From Thermodesulfobacteriota bacterium (GTDB lineage Bacteria; Desulfobacterota; Desulfobaccia; Desulfobaccales; 0-14-0-80-60-11): a stretch of 64,000 bases of DNA. Positions 43,265-52,965 of this stretch are shown here, in pieces. Numbering within the stretch: position 1 is the first letter of the stretch; each line of letters starts with the position of its first letter. A model generated the notes under the pieces. It was not told the origin of the DNA and ran no database searches. It saw only the letters and a program-made list of their open reading frames with translations. Location of the stretch: positions 139,808 to 203,807 of the forward strand of contig JBMORG010000027.1 in the NCBI GenBank assembly GCA_049322355.1, written 5' to 3'. The position numbers were made by a program, and so were the translations under genes.

Positions 43265-45877
43265 TCATCCCTGTACCTTGTTGATGTGGTGGTGGGCCAG
43301 GTAAACCGGGGTCTCAAAGAGCTTGCGCCAATCCAGTCGGCGGTGCCGGGGCAGCACCACCACCCCGGGGGCCATGGCTGGCGTTAGCTTGACCTTGACT
43401 GCCAGAGACCCTTTGGGGAGGTGGACGGCGGCCTGGTCATCATCCCGCAGCCCCGATTTTTCGGCATCTTCGGGATGCATAAAGAGGACCGGAGTGGCTT
43501 CCGCCTGCCGGAGGATATCTGAATAGCCGGCCAGTTCTTCGGTGCCGAAGGTCGCCTCCACCAGCAGGAGTTCCACCTTATCGGGAGGCGGTGCTTCCGG
43601 CGGCGCCAAAACTGAAGCAAAATCTTGCGCAGGCTGCGCCTCCGGGAGCAGCCGCAGCCCTTCCGGATGCTGTGCTAAGGACTTCATGCGCCCAAAAACC
43701 GGGTTATGCCGGGCCAGCCAGGTCCAGAGGTCCACAGAATCAAAGACTTTGAGTCCGGAGGTGGCCTGAGTCAGTTCTTGAAAAATCTCCGCCGGGGTGC
43801 GGGGGTCGCTGCCGGGGACATAATTGATAAAAGTCCGGGGCGGATGCAGATCGGGGCTGATGAGGGTGATGGGCGTCCCCCCGAAGTGCACCGGCGGCGC
43901 GGTTTGCGCCCGGCCCTCCTGGTTGACGAAGCAGCTCCCAGTCCGTTCGAACAGAGGGCGGGTGGGCAGCAGCACGTGGGCCCGGCTTACTGTGGGCGAA
44001 GGCAGATAGTCCAGGACCACCAGGAGTTCGAGTCTTTCCAGGGCCCAGGCCAGCCGCTCCTCATCGTAAAAGCTCCAGAAGGGGTCGTTCTCCACCAGGA
44101 CCAGGGCCTTGATCTCCCCCCGGTCAATGGCTTCCACAATCTGGGGGCCGCTTAGGACCGGTTGCCCTGGACCCAGGGGCTCCCCCGGCGCGGCCGGCCC
44201 CCAAGGCCACCAGGCGTTGGGTTGTTCACCGGCTTCAGGCTGGTCTGGCGCAGACATGAGCCCGGCGCCGAAGGCATTGGCCCCGGGCAACAGATAAAAT
44301 AATCCCGCCGCCTTCCCGACGGCCTGCAGGAGCAGAACCAGGTCTGCGGACACGCCGGGTGTGGTCTCCCGGACAATATCGGTGCCGCAGACCACCACGG
44401 GCTCCCGGCTCTTTTGCAGGGCCTCAGCCAGGACCGCAAGTCGGGAAGCCGTTCTGGGGTCTCCGGGATACCGGCCGGGGAGGGCGTCATAGAATTTGCG
44501 GGCCGGCTCCGGCAACCCTGCTCCCTGTTCGGCAGTCAAGGCCCCTTTGGCCAGGACCCCCAGCGCAGCGTCGAGATAACCGGGGGGAACCGCCAGATGT
44601 TCAAACTCACAGGTGAGGGAAACCGGCCTGGGGTCCAGGACCGCGATTTGTGCTCCCCGGCGCCGGGCCTGGCGCAGCGCCAGGGCCAGCATGGGGGCCT
44701 CATTCACCGGGTCCGCCCCTGCCGCCAGAACGAAATCCGCGTCCTCGATCTGGCGCATGGAGACCGCCACCCGTTCATCTAAGCGTTCTACCGCGGTTTT
44801 AGCCTTGCGCTCCAGGGCCGGGTCCCAGAAAAATTGAGGGTCCCGCCAGCCTCGGGTGCGGCAAAAGAGCTTAAGGGCCCCCTGGGTTTCCAGGCTGCTG
44901 CGGGTCCCACCCACGCAGGCCACCGCGCCGGGACCGTATTTGCGGCTGATTTCGGCCAGCCCCTGGGCCGCCGCCTGGATGGCCTCCTTCCAGGGAACTT
45001 CCCGGCCCTTTACGCATGCCTGGCGGGGGCGGTCCGGGCGGTTGGCATAATAAAAACCGTAGCGGCCCCGGTCACAGATGAAATAGCCGTTCACGGCCTC
45101 ATGCAACCGGGCTTCCAGGCGCACCATTTCCCGGTATTGGGCGCTCCCCACGGTGTTGCACCCCAGGGAGCAATGGAGGCACAGCGATGGCCCCCGCTCA
45201 AAATTCCACCGCCGCCCTTTGTATCGGGAGGGTTTATCGGTATAGACCCCGGTGGGGCAGACATCGATGAGATTGCCGGCAAAGGGGCTTTCCAGGGGGC
45301 CGTCGCTGAACCGCCCAAAGTAAGTGCGGCGGCCGATCTGGAGCGCCCCCAGGTCCCGGCCGCCGGCAAATTCCTGGTAGTAGCGGCGGCAGCGCCAGCA
45401 CTGGATGCAGCGGTTCATTTCGTGCTGGACGAACAGACCCAGGTCTTGGTCCTGGTAGGTACGCTTAAGGCCCAGGAAGCGCCTGATGCCATGGCCGCCG
45501 GAGACGGTTTCGTCCTGCAGGAGGCAATGCCCCCCTTCGTCGCATACCGGACAGTCCAGGGGGTGGTCCATCATCAGCCACTCGATGACATATTTCCGGT
45601 AATCCACCGCCTCTGGGTGGGTAGTGGAGACCACCATGCCGTCTTCGGCTTCCACCATGCAGCTCATCTCAATCCCTTTGACCCGTCCCTCCAGGAATTT
45701 GACGGCGCAGACCCGGCAGGCGCCCACGGAGCCCAACGCCGGATGGTAGCAGAACCGGGGAACCATGATTCCCAGGCGCTCCGCGGCCTCCAGCACGTTG
45801 GTGCCCTTGGGGACCTCGATTTCCCGGCCGTCGATGATGAGTTTCGGCAATGGCGGACCTTGTTTAAATTTATCCAT
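43265..45877 (-). CDS. nuoG: NADH-quinone oxidoreductase subunit G (75-kDa, molybdopterin-oxidoreductase fold)
   Basis: Start at MDKFKQG (ATG 45877, GGAGG 7 nt upstream). 2Fe-2S and 4Fe-4S Cys motifs: CYHPALGSVGACRVC, CPVCDEGGHC, CIQCWRC. Confidence 0.9.
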   Translation of the reverse strand: MDKFKQGPPLPKLIIDGREIEVPKGTNVLEAAERLGIMVPRFCYHPALGSVGACRVCAVKFLEGRVKGIEMSCMVEAEDGMVVSTTHPEAVDYRKYVIEWLMMDHPLDCPVCDEGGHCLLQDETVSGGHGIRRFLGLKRTYQDQDLGLFVQHEMNRCIQCWRCRRYYQEFAGGRDLGALQIGRRTYFGRFSDGPLESPFAGNLIDVCPTGVYTDKPSRYKGRRWNFERGPSLCLHCSLGCNTVGSAQYREMVRLEARLHEAVNGYFICDRGRYGFYYANRPDRPRQACVKGREVPWKEAIQAAAQGLAEISRKYGPGAVACVGGTRSSLETQGALKLFCRTRGWRDPQFFWDPALERKAKTAVERLDERVAVSMRQIEDADFVLAAGADPVNEAPMLALALRQARRRGAQIAVLDPRPVSLTCEFEHLAVPPGYLDAALGVLAKGALTAEQGAGLPEPARKFYDALPGRYPGDPRTASRLAVLAEALQKSREPVVVCGTDIVRETTPGVSADLVLLLQAVGKAAGLFYLLPGANAFGAGLMSAPDQPEAGEQPNAWWPWGPAAPGEPLGPGQPVLSGPQIVEAIDRGEIKALVLVENDPFWSFYDEERLAWALERLELLVVLDYLPSPTVSRAHVLLPTRPLFERTGSCFVNQEGRAQTAPPVHFGGTPITLISPDLHPPRTFINYVPGSDPRTPAEIFQELTQATSGLKVFDSVDLWTWLARHNPVFGRMKSLAQHPEGLRLLPEAQPAQDFASVLAPPEAPPPDKVELLLVEATFGTEELAGYSDILRQAEATPVLFMHPEDAEKSGLRDDDQAAVHLPKGSLAVKVKLTPAMAPGVVVLPRHRRLDWRKLFETPVYLAHHHINKVQG

Positions 45878-45952
45878 GGGCGGGCCTCCGCCCGCCATCA
45901 TTACTATCAGGCTAAACTTTAAATAAAGACACGTGTCTTACCCCCGGCGATG

Positions 45953-46000
45953 AAAAATCCCCCCGCCCCCCCTTTTTCAAAGGGGGATTTAAGGGGATTT
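45953..46000 (+). repeat. Family 5 partial copy in the nuoF-nuoG spacer
   Basis: aaaaatccccccgcccccccttttttcaaagggggatttaaggggattt. Confidence 0.7.
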
Positions 46001-46049
46001 TCTTTTTCGGCTTTCACGATAAATCCTGGGGCTACCAATACCATTATCC

Positions 46050-47339
46050 TCACTTAAACGGGCATTTCTTCTGGCTGATGTGCTCCCGCACTTCGTCTTC
46101 GAAGTACTGCAACATACCTTTAACCGGCTCCGCCGCGCCGGGGGCGAAGGCGCAGTAAGCCTTGCCCAGGTGTCCGGTCATTTCCCGGAGCATGGGGATG
46201 AATTCTTCTTTGCCCTCGCCATTTTCCAGGCGCTGAAGCAGATCCTGGATATACGGTATCCCCTGACGGCAGGGGGTACAGAAACCGCAGGATTCCCGGG
46301 CGAAATAATTAATCAGGTTCAGGGTGGCGCCCAGGATGCAGGTCTTCTGGTCAAAAACCATGATGGCGCCGGTGCCGAAGCGGTGCCCCACCGCTTTCAA
46401 TGACTCGATGTCCATGGCCACGTCCATGAACTTGGGAGGCATAAAGCTGGTGGAAGCTCCTCCGGGGATGAAGGCCTTGAATTCGGAACCGGGCAGCATA
46501 CCCCCGGCCACCTCCTCCAGGATCTCCCGGAAAGGAATGCCCATGGGGAGTTCATAGCAGCCGGGCTTATTGACTTTGCCGCTGATGCAATAGAGTTTGT
46601 TGCCGTCCCCGGTTTCGGTGCGGGCCAGCTTCTTGAACCAGGGGCCGCCGTTGCGGATAATCAGCGGCACACAGGCCAGGGTTTCGGCATTATTGACGAT
46701 GGTGGGCCGGTCCCAGAGGCCGGAGTCGGTCATGTGGGCGGTCTTATCGGGATGGGGCCTTTTGCCCATGATGGCCTGGACCTGGGCCGTGGCCTCGCCG
46801 CAGATGTAGCGGCCGGCGCTGCGGTGCACTGCAATGTCAAAGGAAAATTCGCTGCCCAGGATGTTTCTTCCCAAAAGCCCCGCCTCCCGGGCCACTTTCA
46901 GTTCCCGTTCGATGAGCTCGGCATCAATTTCATAGGTGGGCCGGATGAAATAGAAGGCCTTTTGAGCCTTGATGGCGTAGCCGGCCAGGATGATGCCCTC
47001 GATGACCAGATGGGGATTGATGTTGACCAGATAACGGTCCTTGAAGGTGCCCGGCTCCATTTCATCGGTATTGGCGGAGATGTACCGGGGATGGGGGGCG
47101 TCTTCCCGGACAAAGCTCCATTTGCGCCAGGTGGGGAAGCCGGCGCCGCCCCGGCCGGTCAGACCGGATTCTTTGAGGATTTCGATGAGGTCTTTGGGGG
47201 TATATTTCCGCACCGCGTCGGTCAGGCCCTGATAGCCGCCGCCGGCGCGATAGTCCTCCAGGCTGGCGGGACAGGTTATCGGGCAATCTTTTAAGAGCGC
47301 TTGCTCGTACATGCAGTCACCGGCATACGATGAGGTCAC
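46050..47339 (-). CDS. nuoF: NADH-quinone oxidoreductase subunit F (FMN/NADH-binding, 51 kDa)
   Basis: GLTGRGGAGFPTWRKW, ANTDEMEPGTFKDR and ESCGFCTPCR motifs. The start is either GTG 47339 or ATG 47312. Confidence 0.93.
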   Translation of the reverse strand: MTSSYAGDCMYEQALLKDCPITCPASLEDYRAGGGYQGLTDAVRKYTPKDLIEILKESGLTGRGGAGFPTWRKWSFVREDAPHPRYISANTDEMEPGTFKDRYLVNINPHLVIEGIILAGYAIKAQKAFYFIRPTYEIDAELIERELKVAREAGLLGRNILGSEFSFDIAVHRSAGRYICGEATAQVQAIMGKRPHPDKTAHMTDSGLWDRPTIVNNAETLACVPLIIRNGGPWFKKLARTETGDGNKLYCISGKVNKPGCYELPMGIPFREILEEVAGGMLPGSEFKAFIPGGASTSFMPPKFMDVAMDIESLKAVGHRFGTGAIMVFDQKTCILGATLNLINYFARESCGFCTPCRQGIPYIQDLLQRLENGEGKEEFIPMLREMTGHLGKAYCAFAPGAAEPVKGMLQYFEDEVREHISQKKCPFK

Positions 47340-47811
47340 ATTGATCAGTCTTCAATTGCTCCAGAATTTCGTCGATCCGTTGCGGGTTGAGGTTGCCGAA
47401 AAACCGGCCGTTGACCACCATGGCCGGGGCCTGGTCGCAGTAGCCGATACAGGCGGTGGGCAGCACGGTGAACATGCCGTCGGCGGAGACCTCTCCGACG
47501 CAGACCTCCAGTTTCCGGCACATATAGTCGAACAGCGACCCCTCGTGGAACATCCAGCAGACCACGCCGTCACAGACATGGAGGACAAACCGGCCCACGG
47601 GCTCCCGGTAAATGAAATCATAAAAAGTGGCCAGCTCCTCCAACTCCAGGGGAGTCATCCCCAACAAGGCTGCGGCTTCATGTACGCCTTCGTCAGTGAG
47701 ATAACCATAATGCCGCTGAATCTCGTACATGACATTAATGGCCTGTTCCCGGGGGGACTCGGCTTCAGCGATCCGGCTTTTAAGCTGGCGGCGTAATTCG
47801 TCAGGGATCAT
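47317..47811 (-). CDS. nuoE: NADH-quinone oxidoreductase subunit E (24 kDa, 2Fe-2S)
   Basis: 164 aa. HVCDGVVC ... CIGYCDQAP thioredoxin-like 2Fe-2S motif. Confidence 0.9.
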   Translation of the reverse strand: MIPDELRRQLKSRIAEAESPREQAINVMYEIQRHYGYLTDEGVHEAAALLGMTPLELEELATFYDFIYREPVGRFVLHVCDGVVCWMFHEGSLFDYMCRKLEVCVGEVSADGMFTVLPTACIGYCDQAPAMVVNGRFFGNLNPQRIDEILEQLKTDQCDLIVCR

Positions 47812-47817
47812 AAGCCC

Positions 47818-50214
47818 TTACCGGTCAATGTCCGGCATGACGTAATCGATGGAACCGATAATGACGACCAAATCCGACAAGAGGTGGCCCACGGCCATGA
47901 GGGGCAGGGCCTGGACGTTGGCGAATCCCGGGGACCGGATACGCAGACGGTAGGCCATGCTGAGGCCGTCGCTCACCACGTAGAAACCCTGCTCCCCCCG
48001 GGGATGCTCCGTGGCGGCATAGGCTTCGCCCCGGGGAATCTTGGGTCCCCGGGTAACATTGATGAAATGGTGGATCAGGCTTTCAATGTCCTTTAAGGTG
48101 TCTTCTTTCCGGGGGACCGCGTAGCGATAGTCGTCGGTGATGTAGCGCCCCGGAGGCATCCGGTCAGCCGCCTGCCGGATTATCCTGAGACTCTGGCGCA
48201 TCTCCGCCACCCGCACCTGGTAACGGGCATAGGTGTCGCCCTCGCTGGCCGTGGGGATGTCAAACTCAAAGGCTTCATAGGCCGAATAGGGGAACTTTTT
48301 TCGCAAGTCCCATTCCAGGCCGCAGGCCCGGAGGTTAACCCCCGTCACTCCCCAATCCATGGCGTCATCCAGGGAAAGATAACCAACACCCCGGGTCCGG
48401 GCCTCCCAAATGGGGTTGCGGGTGATGGCCTTTTCGAGCTCGTTAAGCTGCCGGGAGAAGCCTTTGATGAAGGCGTCCACCGGCTCTTTCCAGCCCTCCG
48501 GCAAATCCATGGCCACGCCCCCCAACCGGAACCAGGAGGGATGGAGCCGCCCCCCGGTGATCAACTCGACGATGTCCATGATTTTTTCCCGTTCCGCAAA
48601 GGCGTAGAAAGTGGGGGAGATGGCGCCCGTATCCACGGTGTGGGTGGAGAACCACACCAGGTGGTTCGCCAGGCGGAAAAACTCGGTGAGCATCACCCGG
48701 ATGAACTGGGCCCGGTCCGGGACCTTGATGCCCGCCAGGGTTTCCACGGCGTGGAGGTAGCTCAGGTTGTTGGCCACACCGGTCAGATAATCGGCCCGGT
48801 CGGTATAGGGGATGAACTGGTGCCAGGACTGGCGCTCGCCGATTTTTTCCACGGCCCGGTGGTGGTAGCCGATATCGGTGTCCATGGCGGTGATTTCCTC
48901 GCCGTGGAGGGCCAGGATAAACCGGATGAGCCCGTGGGTGCTGGTGTGATGGGGACCGACGTTGAGAATCAGCTCTTTTTCCCCTACCCGCCCCGCCATA
49001 TATTTGCCGGCGTCCAGGGGCTGGTATTTCCGGGCCTCCGCCTGGGTATAAGGGGGCATCCGGGTGGCCCGGTCCGGGTAGCTCTTCCGCAGGGGGTGGC
49101 CCTCCCAGTCGTGGGGCATGAGGAGCCGCCAGAGCCGGGGGTGGCCATCGAAGCGGATGCCGAACATATCAAAGCATTCCCGTTCGTACCAGTTGGCCGA
49201 GGGCCAGATATCGGTAATGCTGCCGGTGACGGGACTTTCTCCGTGCAGGGGCACCTTCAACCGCAGCCGGGAGGGGGGGGCGAAGGAGAGAAGCTGGTAG
49301 ACCAGGGTATAATCCGGGTAAGCCTGCCGCTCCTGCCGAGCGGATTCATCCACCGCGGTGAGGTCATCCAGGCGGCGGAACCGGGGAGACGCCTCGGTCT
49401 TGAGAAACCGCAGCACCTCTTTGACCCGGTCCGGGGCCACCTGGAAGGTGGGCATGTCCGAGGTTTCGGCTGCAGGGGTAACCGCATCACCGAATCTCTC
49501 CTGGAGCGTCTGGGCGAGAGATTTGTCTGTCTCAGTCAGTTCCATGCGGGCCGGGGGCGGGGTCCACATGAGTTCGGAGCGGCTCTCCCAAAACCACGGC
49601 GGGCTCACCGCAGTGCCCCGGGGGGGCGTGCCGTAATAGCCGGGTCCCCGGGGGTCCCGGGATTTGTTGACGCCGTCCACTGCCAGCGGTCTCTGGGTGC
49701 CCTGGGTGCCGCCGGCCAGGTGGAGAATCTTCCGGGTTGGCCGTTCGGATTTAACCTTTTCCTGGAGGAGCACCAGGCCCTGGAGCACCGCTTCGGGCCG
49801 GGGCGGACAGCCGGGAATGTAGATATCCACCGGCAATATCTGGTCCACACCCTGCACCACGCTGTAGCAGTCGTACATCCCACCGCAGTTGGCGCAGGAC
49901 CCCATGGAGATCACCCACTTGGGTTCGGCCATCTGTTCGTAGAGCCGGAGCACCACCGGGGCGATTTTTTTAAAGACCGTGCCGGAGATGATCAGGAGGT
50001 CGGCCTGCCGGGGCGAGCCTCGCAGGACTTCCGCGCCGAACCGGGCCATATCATAGCGGGAGGTCAGCGCGGTGGATTCTTCGATAAAACAGCAGGAGAG
50101 CCCGAAAAACATGGGCCAGAAGCTGTAGGACCGAAACCAGTTGATCAGCCCGTCGATGCGGCCAAGGATCAGGTTTTCGGGCTTATCCGGCGGGGCGGGG
50201 CAGCGGCCCTCCAA
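47818..50214 (-). CDS. nuoBCD: Fused NADH-quinone oxidoreductase subunits B, C and D in one 798-aa polypeptide
   Basis: NuoB: FGLSCCFIE...[13 protein letters not shown]...IPGCPPRPE. NuoC: a central region of about 160 aa. NuoD: [16 protein letters not shown]...to the C-terminus. TTG start 6 nt after GGAGG. Confidence 0.9.
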   Translation of the reverse strand: MEGRCPAPPDKPENLILGRIDGLINWFRSYSFWPMFFGLSCCFIEESTALTSRYDMARFGAEVLRGSPRQADLLIISGTVFKKIAPVVLRLYEQMAEPKWVISMGSCANCGGMYDCYSVVQGVDQILPVDIYIPGCPPRPEAVLQGLVLLQEKVKSERPTRKILHLAGGTQGTQRPLAVDGVNKSRDPRGPGYYGTPPRGTAVSPPWFWESRSELMWTPPPARMELTETDKSLAQTLQERFGDAVTPAAETSDMPTFQVAPDRVKEVLRFLKTEASPRFRRLDDLTAVDESARQERQAYPDYTLVYQLLSFAPPSRLRLKVPLHGESPVTGSITDIWPSANWYERECFDMFGIRFDGHPRLWRLLMPHDWEGHPLRKSYPDRATRMPPYTQAEARKYQPLDAGKYMAGRVGEKELILNVGPHHTSTHGLIRFILALHGEEITAMDTDIGYHHRAVEKIGERQSWHQFIPYTDRADYLTGVANNLSYLHAVETLAGIKVPDRAQFIRVMLTEFFRLANHLVWFSTHTVDTGAISPTFYAFAEREKIMDIVELITGGRLHPSWFRLGGVAMDLPEGWKEPVDAFIKGFSRQLNELEKAITRNPIWEARTRGVGYLSLDDAMDWGVTGVNLRACGLEWDLRKKFPYSAYEAFEFDIPTASEGDTYARYQVRVAEMRQSLRIIRQAADRMPPGRYITDDYRYAVPRKEDTLKDIESLIHHFINVTRGPKIPRGEAYAATEHPRGEQGFYVVSDGLSMAYRLRIRSPGFANVQALPLMAVGHLLSDLVVIIGSIDYVMPDIDR

Positions 50215-50594
50215 TCCAGACCTCCTTTTTTCCAGATATAGAAGAGGCTAAGGAGTAGAACGGTGATGAAAAAGGTGATCTGCAGCCAACCGCGCCAGCC
50301 CAAATCCTCCATGGCTACGGCCCAGGAATAGATGAAGGCGGCTTCCACGTCGAAGATGAGGAAAAAGACCGCCACCAGATAAAAGGGGACCGGGTAGCGA
50401 AAGCCAGGCCACCCGGTGGGAATCACTCCGCATTCATAAGGCCGGGCTTTTTCGGGATCTGGTTTTTTCTCCCCCAGCCAGCCGGTGAGAAACAGCAGGA
50501 CCCCCAGCAAACCCAGAACGATGACGACATAGCAGCCAAAACTCAATAACTCCGGGGTCCAGGGGGATAACGCCGCGGAGGTTACCGGATGCAT
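50169..50594 (-). CDS. nuoA: NADH-quinone oxidoreductase subunit A
   Basis: 141 aa. PYECG...[12 protein letters not shown] motif. The 3' end overlaps the nuoBCD start by 46 nt. Confidence 0.88.
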   Translation of the reverse strand: MHPVTSAALSPWTPELLSFGCYVVIVLGLLGVLLFLTGWLGEKKPDPEKARPYECGVIPTGWPGFRYPVPFYLVAVFFLIFDVEAAFIYSWAVAMEDLGWRGWLQITFFITVLLLSLFYIWKKGGLDWRAAAPPRRISPKT

Positions 50595-50670
50595 AGTCTA
50601 CTTCTCCACAGGTCGGAATCGGACCTTGCTCACCGCCATGCCGAGCGCAAAAAGCCAAACCAATTTCTAA

Positions 50671-50691
50671 ATCCGGGAATTGATCCCGGAT
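50671..50691. promoter_or_regulatory. Operator-like perfect palindrome ATCCGGGA-attga-TCCCGGAT upstream of nuoA
   Basis: 8-bp perfect inverted arms with a 5-nt spacer, about 80-100 nt upstream of the nuoA start. A second 7-bp palindrome, CCTTGAC-N7-GTCAAGG, lies at 50708-50728. Confidence 0.35.
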
Positions 50692-50945
50692 AATGAAATC
50701 CTAAGACCCTTGACCACTCCTGTCAAGGTGGGATCCAAACGTGCTTTCCAAGAAGCCTCGGAAAGGATTGGGAAATTAACAGATTATGATTAGTCGCAGA
50801 TATTATGCGGTTGAGACATTGACAAACCATCGACTATGGCCCCCTGGGGAGGCTGGTTGGCTACGATTCCCAGGGGTAAGCAGTCCTTGACAGACTTGGT
50901 GCGGTCCTTATTTTAATTAAAGAAAAGCATGGCAGACGCGGCAGT

Positions 50946-51890
50946 GTGGACAGGAGGCGGCCCCTGAACATCACTTCTCTCCAGATGGCCCGGATAAAGC
51001 TTTTTCTGGCCCTGTCCCGGACGCCCCACGGCCTGTTGGACCTGGCCACTCCGGCTTTGGCGGCCGTTCTCTGGCATGGCGGCCTGCCGCCTCCGGGGGT
51101 GACTGCCCTGGGTATTTTGACCATGTTCGCCGGTTATACCGCGGTGTATGCCTTAAACGATGTGGTGGACTACCGGGTGGATCGGGAGAAGCTGAAGGCG
51201 GCGACGGGACAGGCAAAAGCCGGATACCTCGACGCCCTGCTCATGCGCCACCCCATGGCCCAGGGAGAGCTGAGTTTCGGGGAAGGCCTCCTGTGGACTT
51301 TGGCCTGGGCGGTCGTGGCCCTGCTGGGCGCTTACCATCTCAATCCCGTGTGCGCCTATATTTTCCTGGCGGGATGTTTGCTGGAGACGGTATACTGCCT
51401 GCTATTGCGGGTTAGCCATTTGCGGACCCTGGTGAGCGGTCTGGTCAAAACCCTGGGCGGGGTGGCCGCGGTCTTTGCCGTGGACCCGCACCCTTCATCC
51501 TGGTTCCTGCTGCTCCTCATTCTGTGGCTGTTCTGTTGGGAGATTGGCGGGCAGAATATTCCCGCCGACTGGCATGATGTGGAGGAGGATCGCCACCTGG
51601 GCGCCCAAACCATAGTTGTGCGGTATGGCCCCGACCGGGCCGCCGCCCTGGTCCTGGGGACTTTGGCCTCCAGCGTGGTTTTAAGCGCAGTGCTGGTTCT
51701 GGTTTCTCCCCTTAAGTATTCGCCGGTCATGGTGGCCCTGGCGATGGCAGTGGGGATTTTTTTTCTGCTTCTCCCGGCCCTGGGGCTGTATCGCAGCAAA
51801 GAGCCGGAGCAGGCCGCGGCGCTGTTCAACCGGGCCAGTTACTATCCTTTGGCCATGTTAATCCTGACCCTGATCAATCTGATGGCATAA
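50946..51890 (+). CDS. UbiA-family aromatic prenyltransferase
   Basis: YALNDVVDYRVDREK (NDxxDxxxD) motif and 8-9 predicted TM helices. The start is uncertain (GTG 50946 or ATG 50985). Confidence 0.8.
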   Translation: MDRRRPLNITSLQMARIKLFLALSRTPHGLLDLATPALAAVLWHGGLPPPGVTALGILTMFAGYTAVYALNDVVDYRVDREKLKAATGQAKAGYLDALLMRHPMAQGELSFGEGLLWTLAWAVVALLGAYHLNPVCAYIFLAGCLLETVYCLLLRVSHLRTLVSGLVKTLGGVAAVFAVDPHPSSWFLLLLILWLFCWEIGGQNIPADWHDVEEDRHLGAQTIVVRYGPDRAAALVLGTLASSVVLSAVLVLVSPLKYSPVMVALAMAVGIFFLLLPALGLYRSKEPEQAAALFNRASYYPLAMLILTLINLMA

Positions 51891-51893
51891 TAC

Positions 51894-52226
51894 TTGTTTC
51901 TGTTCACCCACTGGCTGAATTTTCCCGGGGAGTTGCATCAAACTGCGCACATCGAGATAGGACTGTCCTACGCGGTGCTGATCGTCGCCGGTGTGGCCTT
52001 TTTCTGGCGTTGGTCGAATCCCTTGGCTCTGCATGACCTCAATGGCCTCAATATTCTTTACTTTTTCCTGGTTCTGTCCCTGGCGCCGCTGGTGTCGGCC
52101 AACGGCTATTTCGGAGGCCTGGTTACTTTTCCCCTGGAGGAGGAAGCGAATCGAGGCTTATATAAACACCTGAAAGATAACTGCGAAGTCCACAGAAAGG
52201 ATAACGCCTTTGGCAAGGAACTCTGA
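51894..52226 (+). CDS. Hypothetical small membrane protein
   Basis: 110-aa ORF (TTG start) with two hydrophobic helices. It overlaps the next gene by 17 nt, which suggests translational coupling. No family recognised. Confidence 0.35.
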   Translation: MFLFTHWLNFPGELHQTAHIEIGLSYAVLIVAGVAFFWRWSNPLALHDLNGLNILYFFLVLSLAPLVSANGYFGGLVTFPLEEEANRGLYKHLKDNCEVHRKDNAFGKEL

Positions 52227-52965
52227 CAAATCCCGGAAATTCACGCCCGCCGACCTGGCCGCCTGCACGGGGAAAGATGGCCGTCCAGTCTGCATTGCCT
52301 TCCAGGGCAAGGTTTACGACGTCAGCGGCAGCGCCTTATGGCAGGGGGGCCGGCACATGGGTCTGCATGACTCCGGGGCCGACCTTACCATAGAGTTTGC
52401 CGACGCTCCCCACGGCGAGGAAGTCTTCGCGCGGTATCCCCAGGTGGGGGTCATCAAGGAAGAGGAGGCCCCCGAGACCCCGGAAGCCCGGCAGTCGGCG
52501 GCCCGGGAGTTCTGGCGGCGGCAGGTGCAGCGGGTGCCTTTCATCCGCCGCCATCCCCATCCCATGGTGGTGCACTTTCCCATCGTTTTCATGATCTCCA
52601 CCACGGGATTTACCTTGCTTTATCTTTTCACGGGGGTGAAATCCTTTGAGGTTACGGGATTTCACTGCCTGGGCGGCGGGGTGCTCTTCACCCCGGTGGC
52701 CATGGTCACCGGCTGGTTTACCTGGTGGCTGAACTATGAATCACGCCCCCTTAAGCCCGTAGTTATCAAGTTGATCCTGTCCCCTATCCTGTTGTTAGCG
52801 GGCGCGGGAGCCTGGGTCTGGCGTTTTCTGAACCCTGAAATTCTGGCCCAGTTGCGGGATTGGCCGTCCCTGGGCTACCTGGCCTTGATTTGCGCCCTAA
52901 CCCCGCTGGTGGCCCTCATCGGAGGCTATGGGGCAGTATTGACCTTCCCGTTGCACCACAAATGA
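52210..52965 (+). CDS. Cytochrome b5-like haem/steroid-binding domain fused to a DUF2231-like four-TM membrane domain
   Basis: FTPADLAACTGKDGRPVCIAFQGKVYDVSGSALWQGGRH resembles the cyt-b5-like (PF00173) fold. Then HPMVVHFPIVFMISTTGF and further TM helices. TTG start 7-8 nt after GAAAGGA. Confidence 0.65.
   Translation: MARNSDKSRKFTPADLAACTGKDGRPVCIAFQGKVYDVSGSALWQGGRHMGLHDSGADLTIEFADAPHGEEVFARYPQVGVIKEEEAPETPEARQSAAREFWRRQVQRVPFIRRHPHPMVVHFPIVFMISTTGFTLLYLFTGVKSFEVTGFHCLGGGVLFTPVAMVTGWFTWWLNYESRPLKPVVIKLILSPILLLAGAGAWVWRFLNPEILAQLRDWPSLGYLALICALTPLVALIGGYGAVLTFPLHHK

Noticed and set aside
44834-45922. 362-aa ORF antisense to nuoG, 48541..50241 antisense to nuoBCD, and 53030..53914 antisense to tkt
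   Set aside because: Same reasoning: GC-rich reverse-frame artefacts overlapping strongly supported genes.
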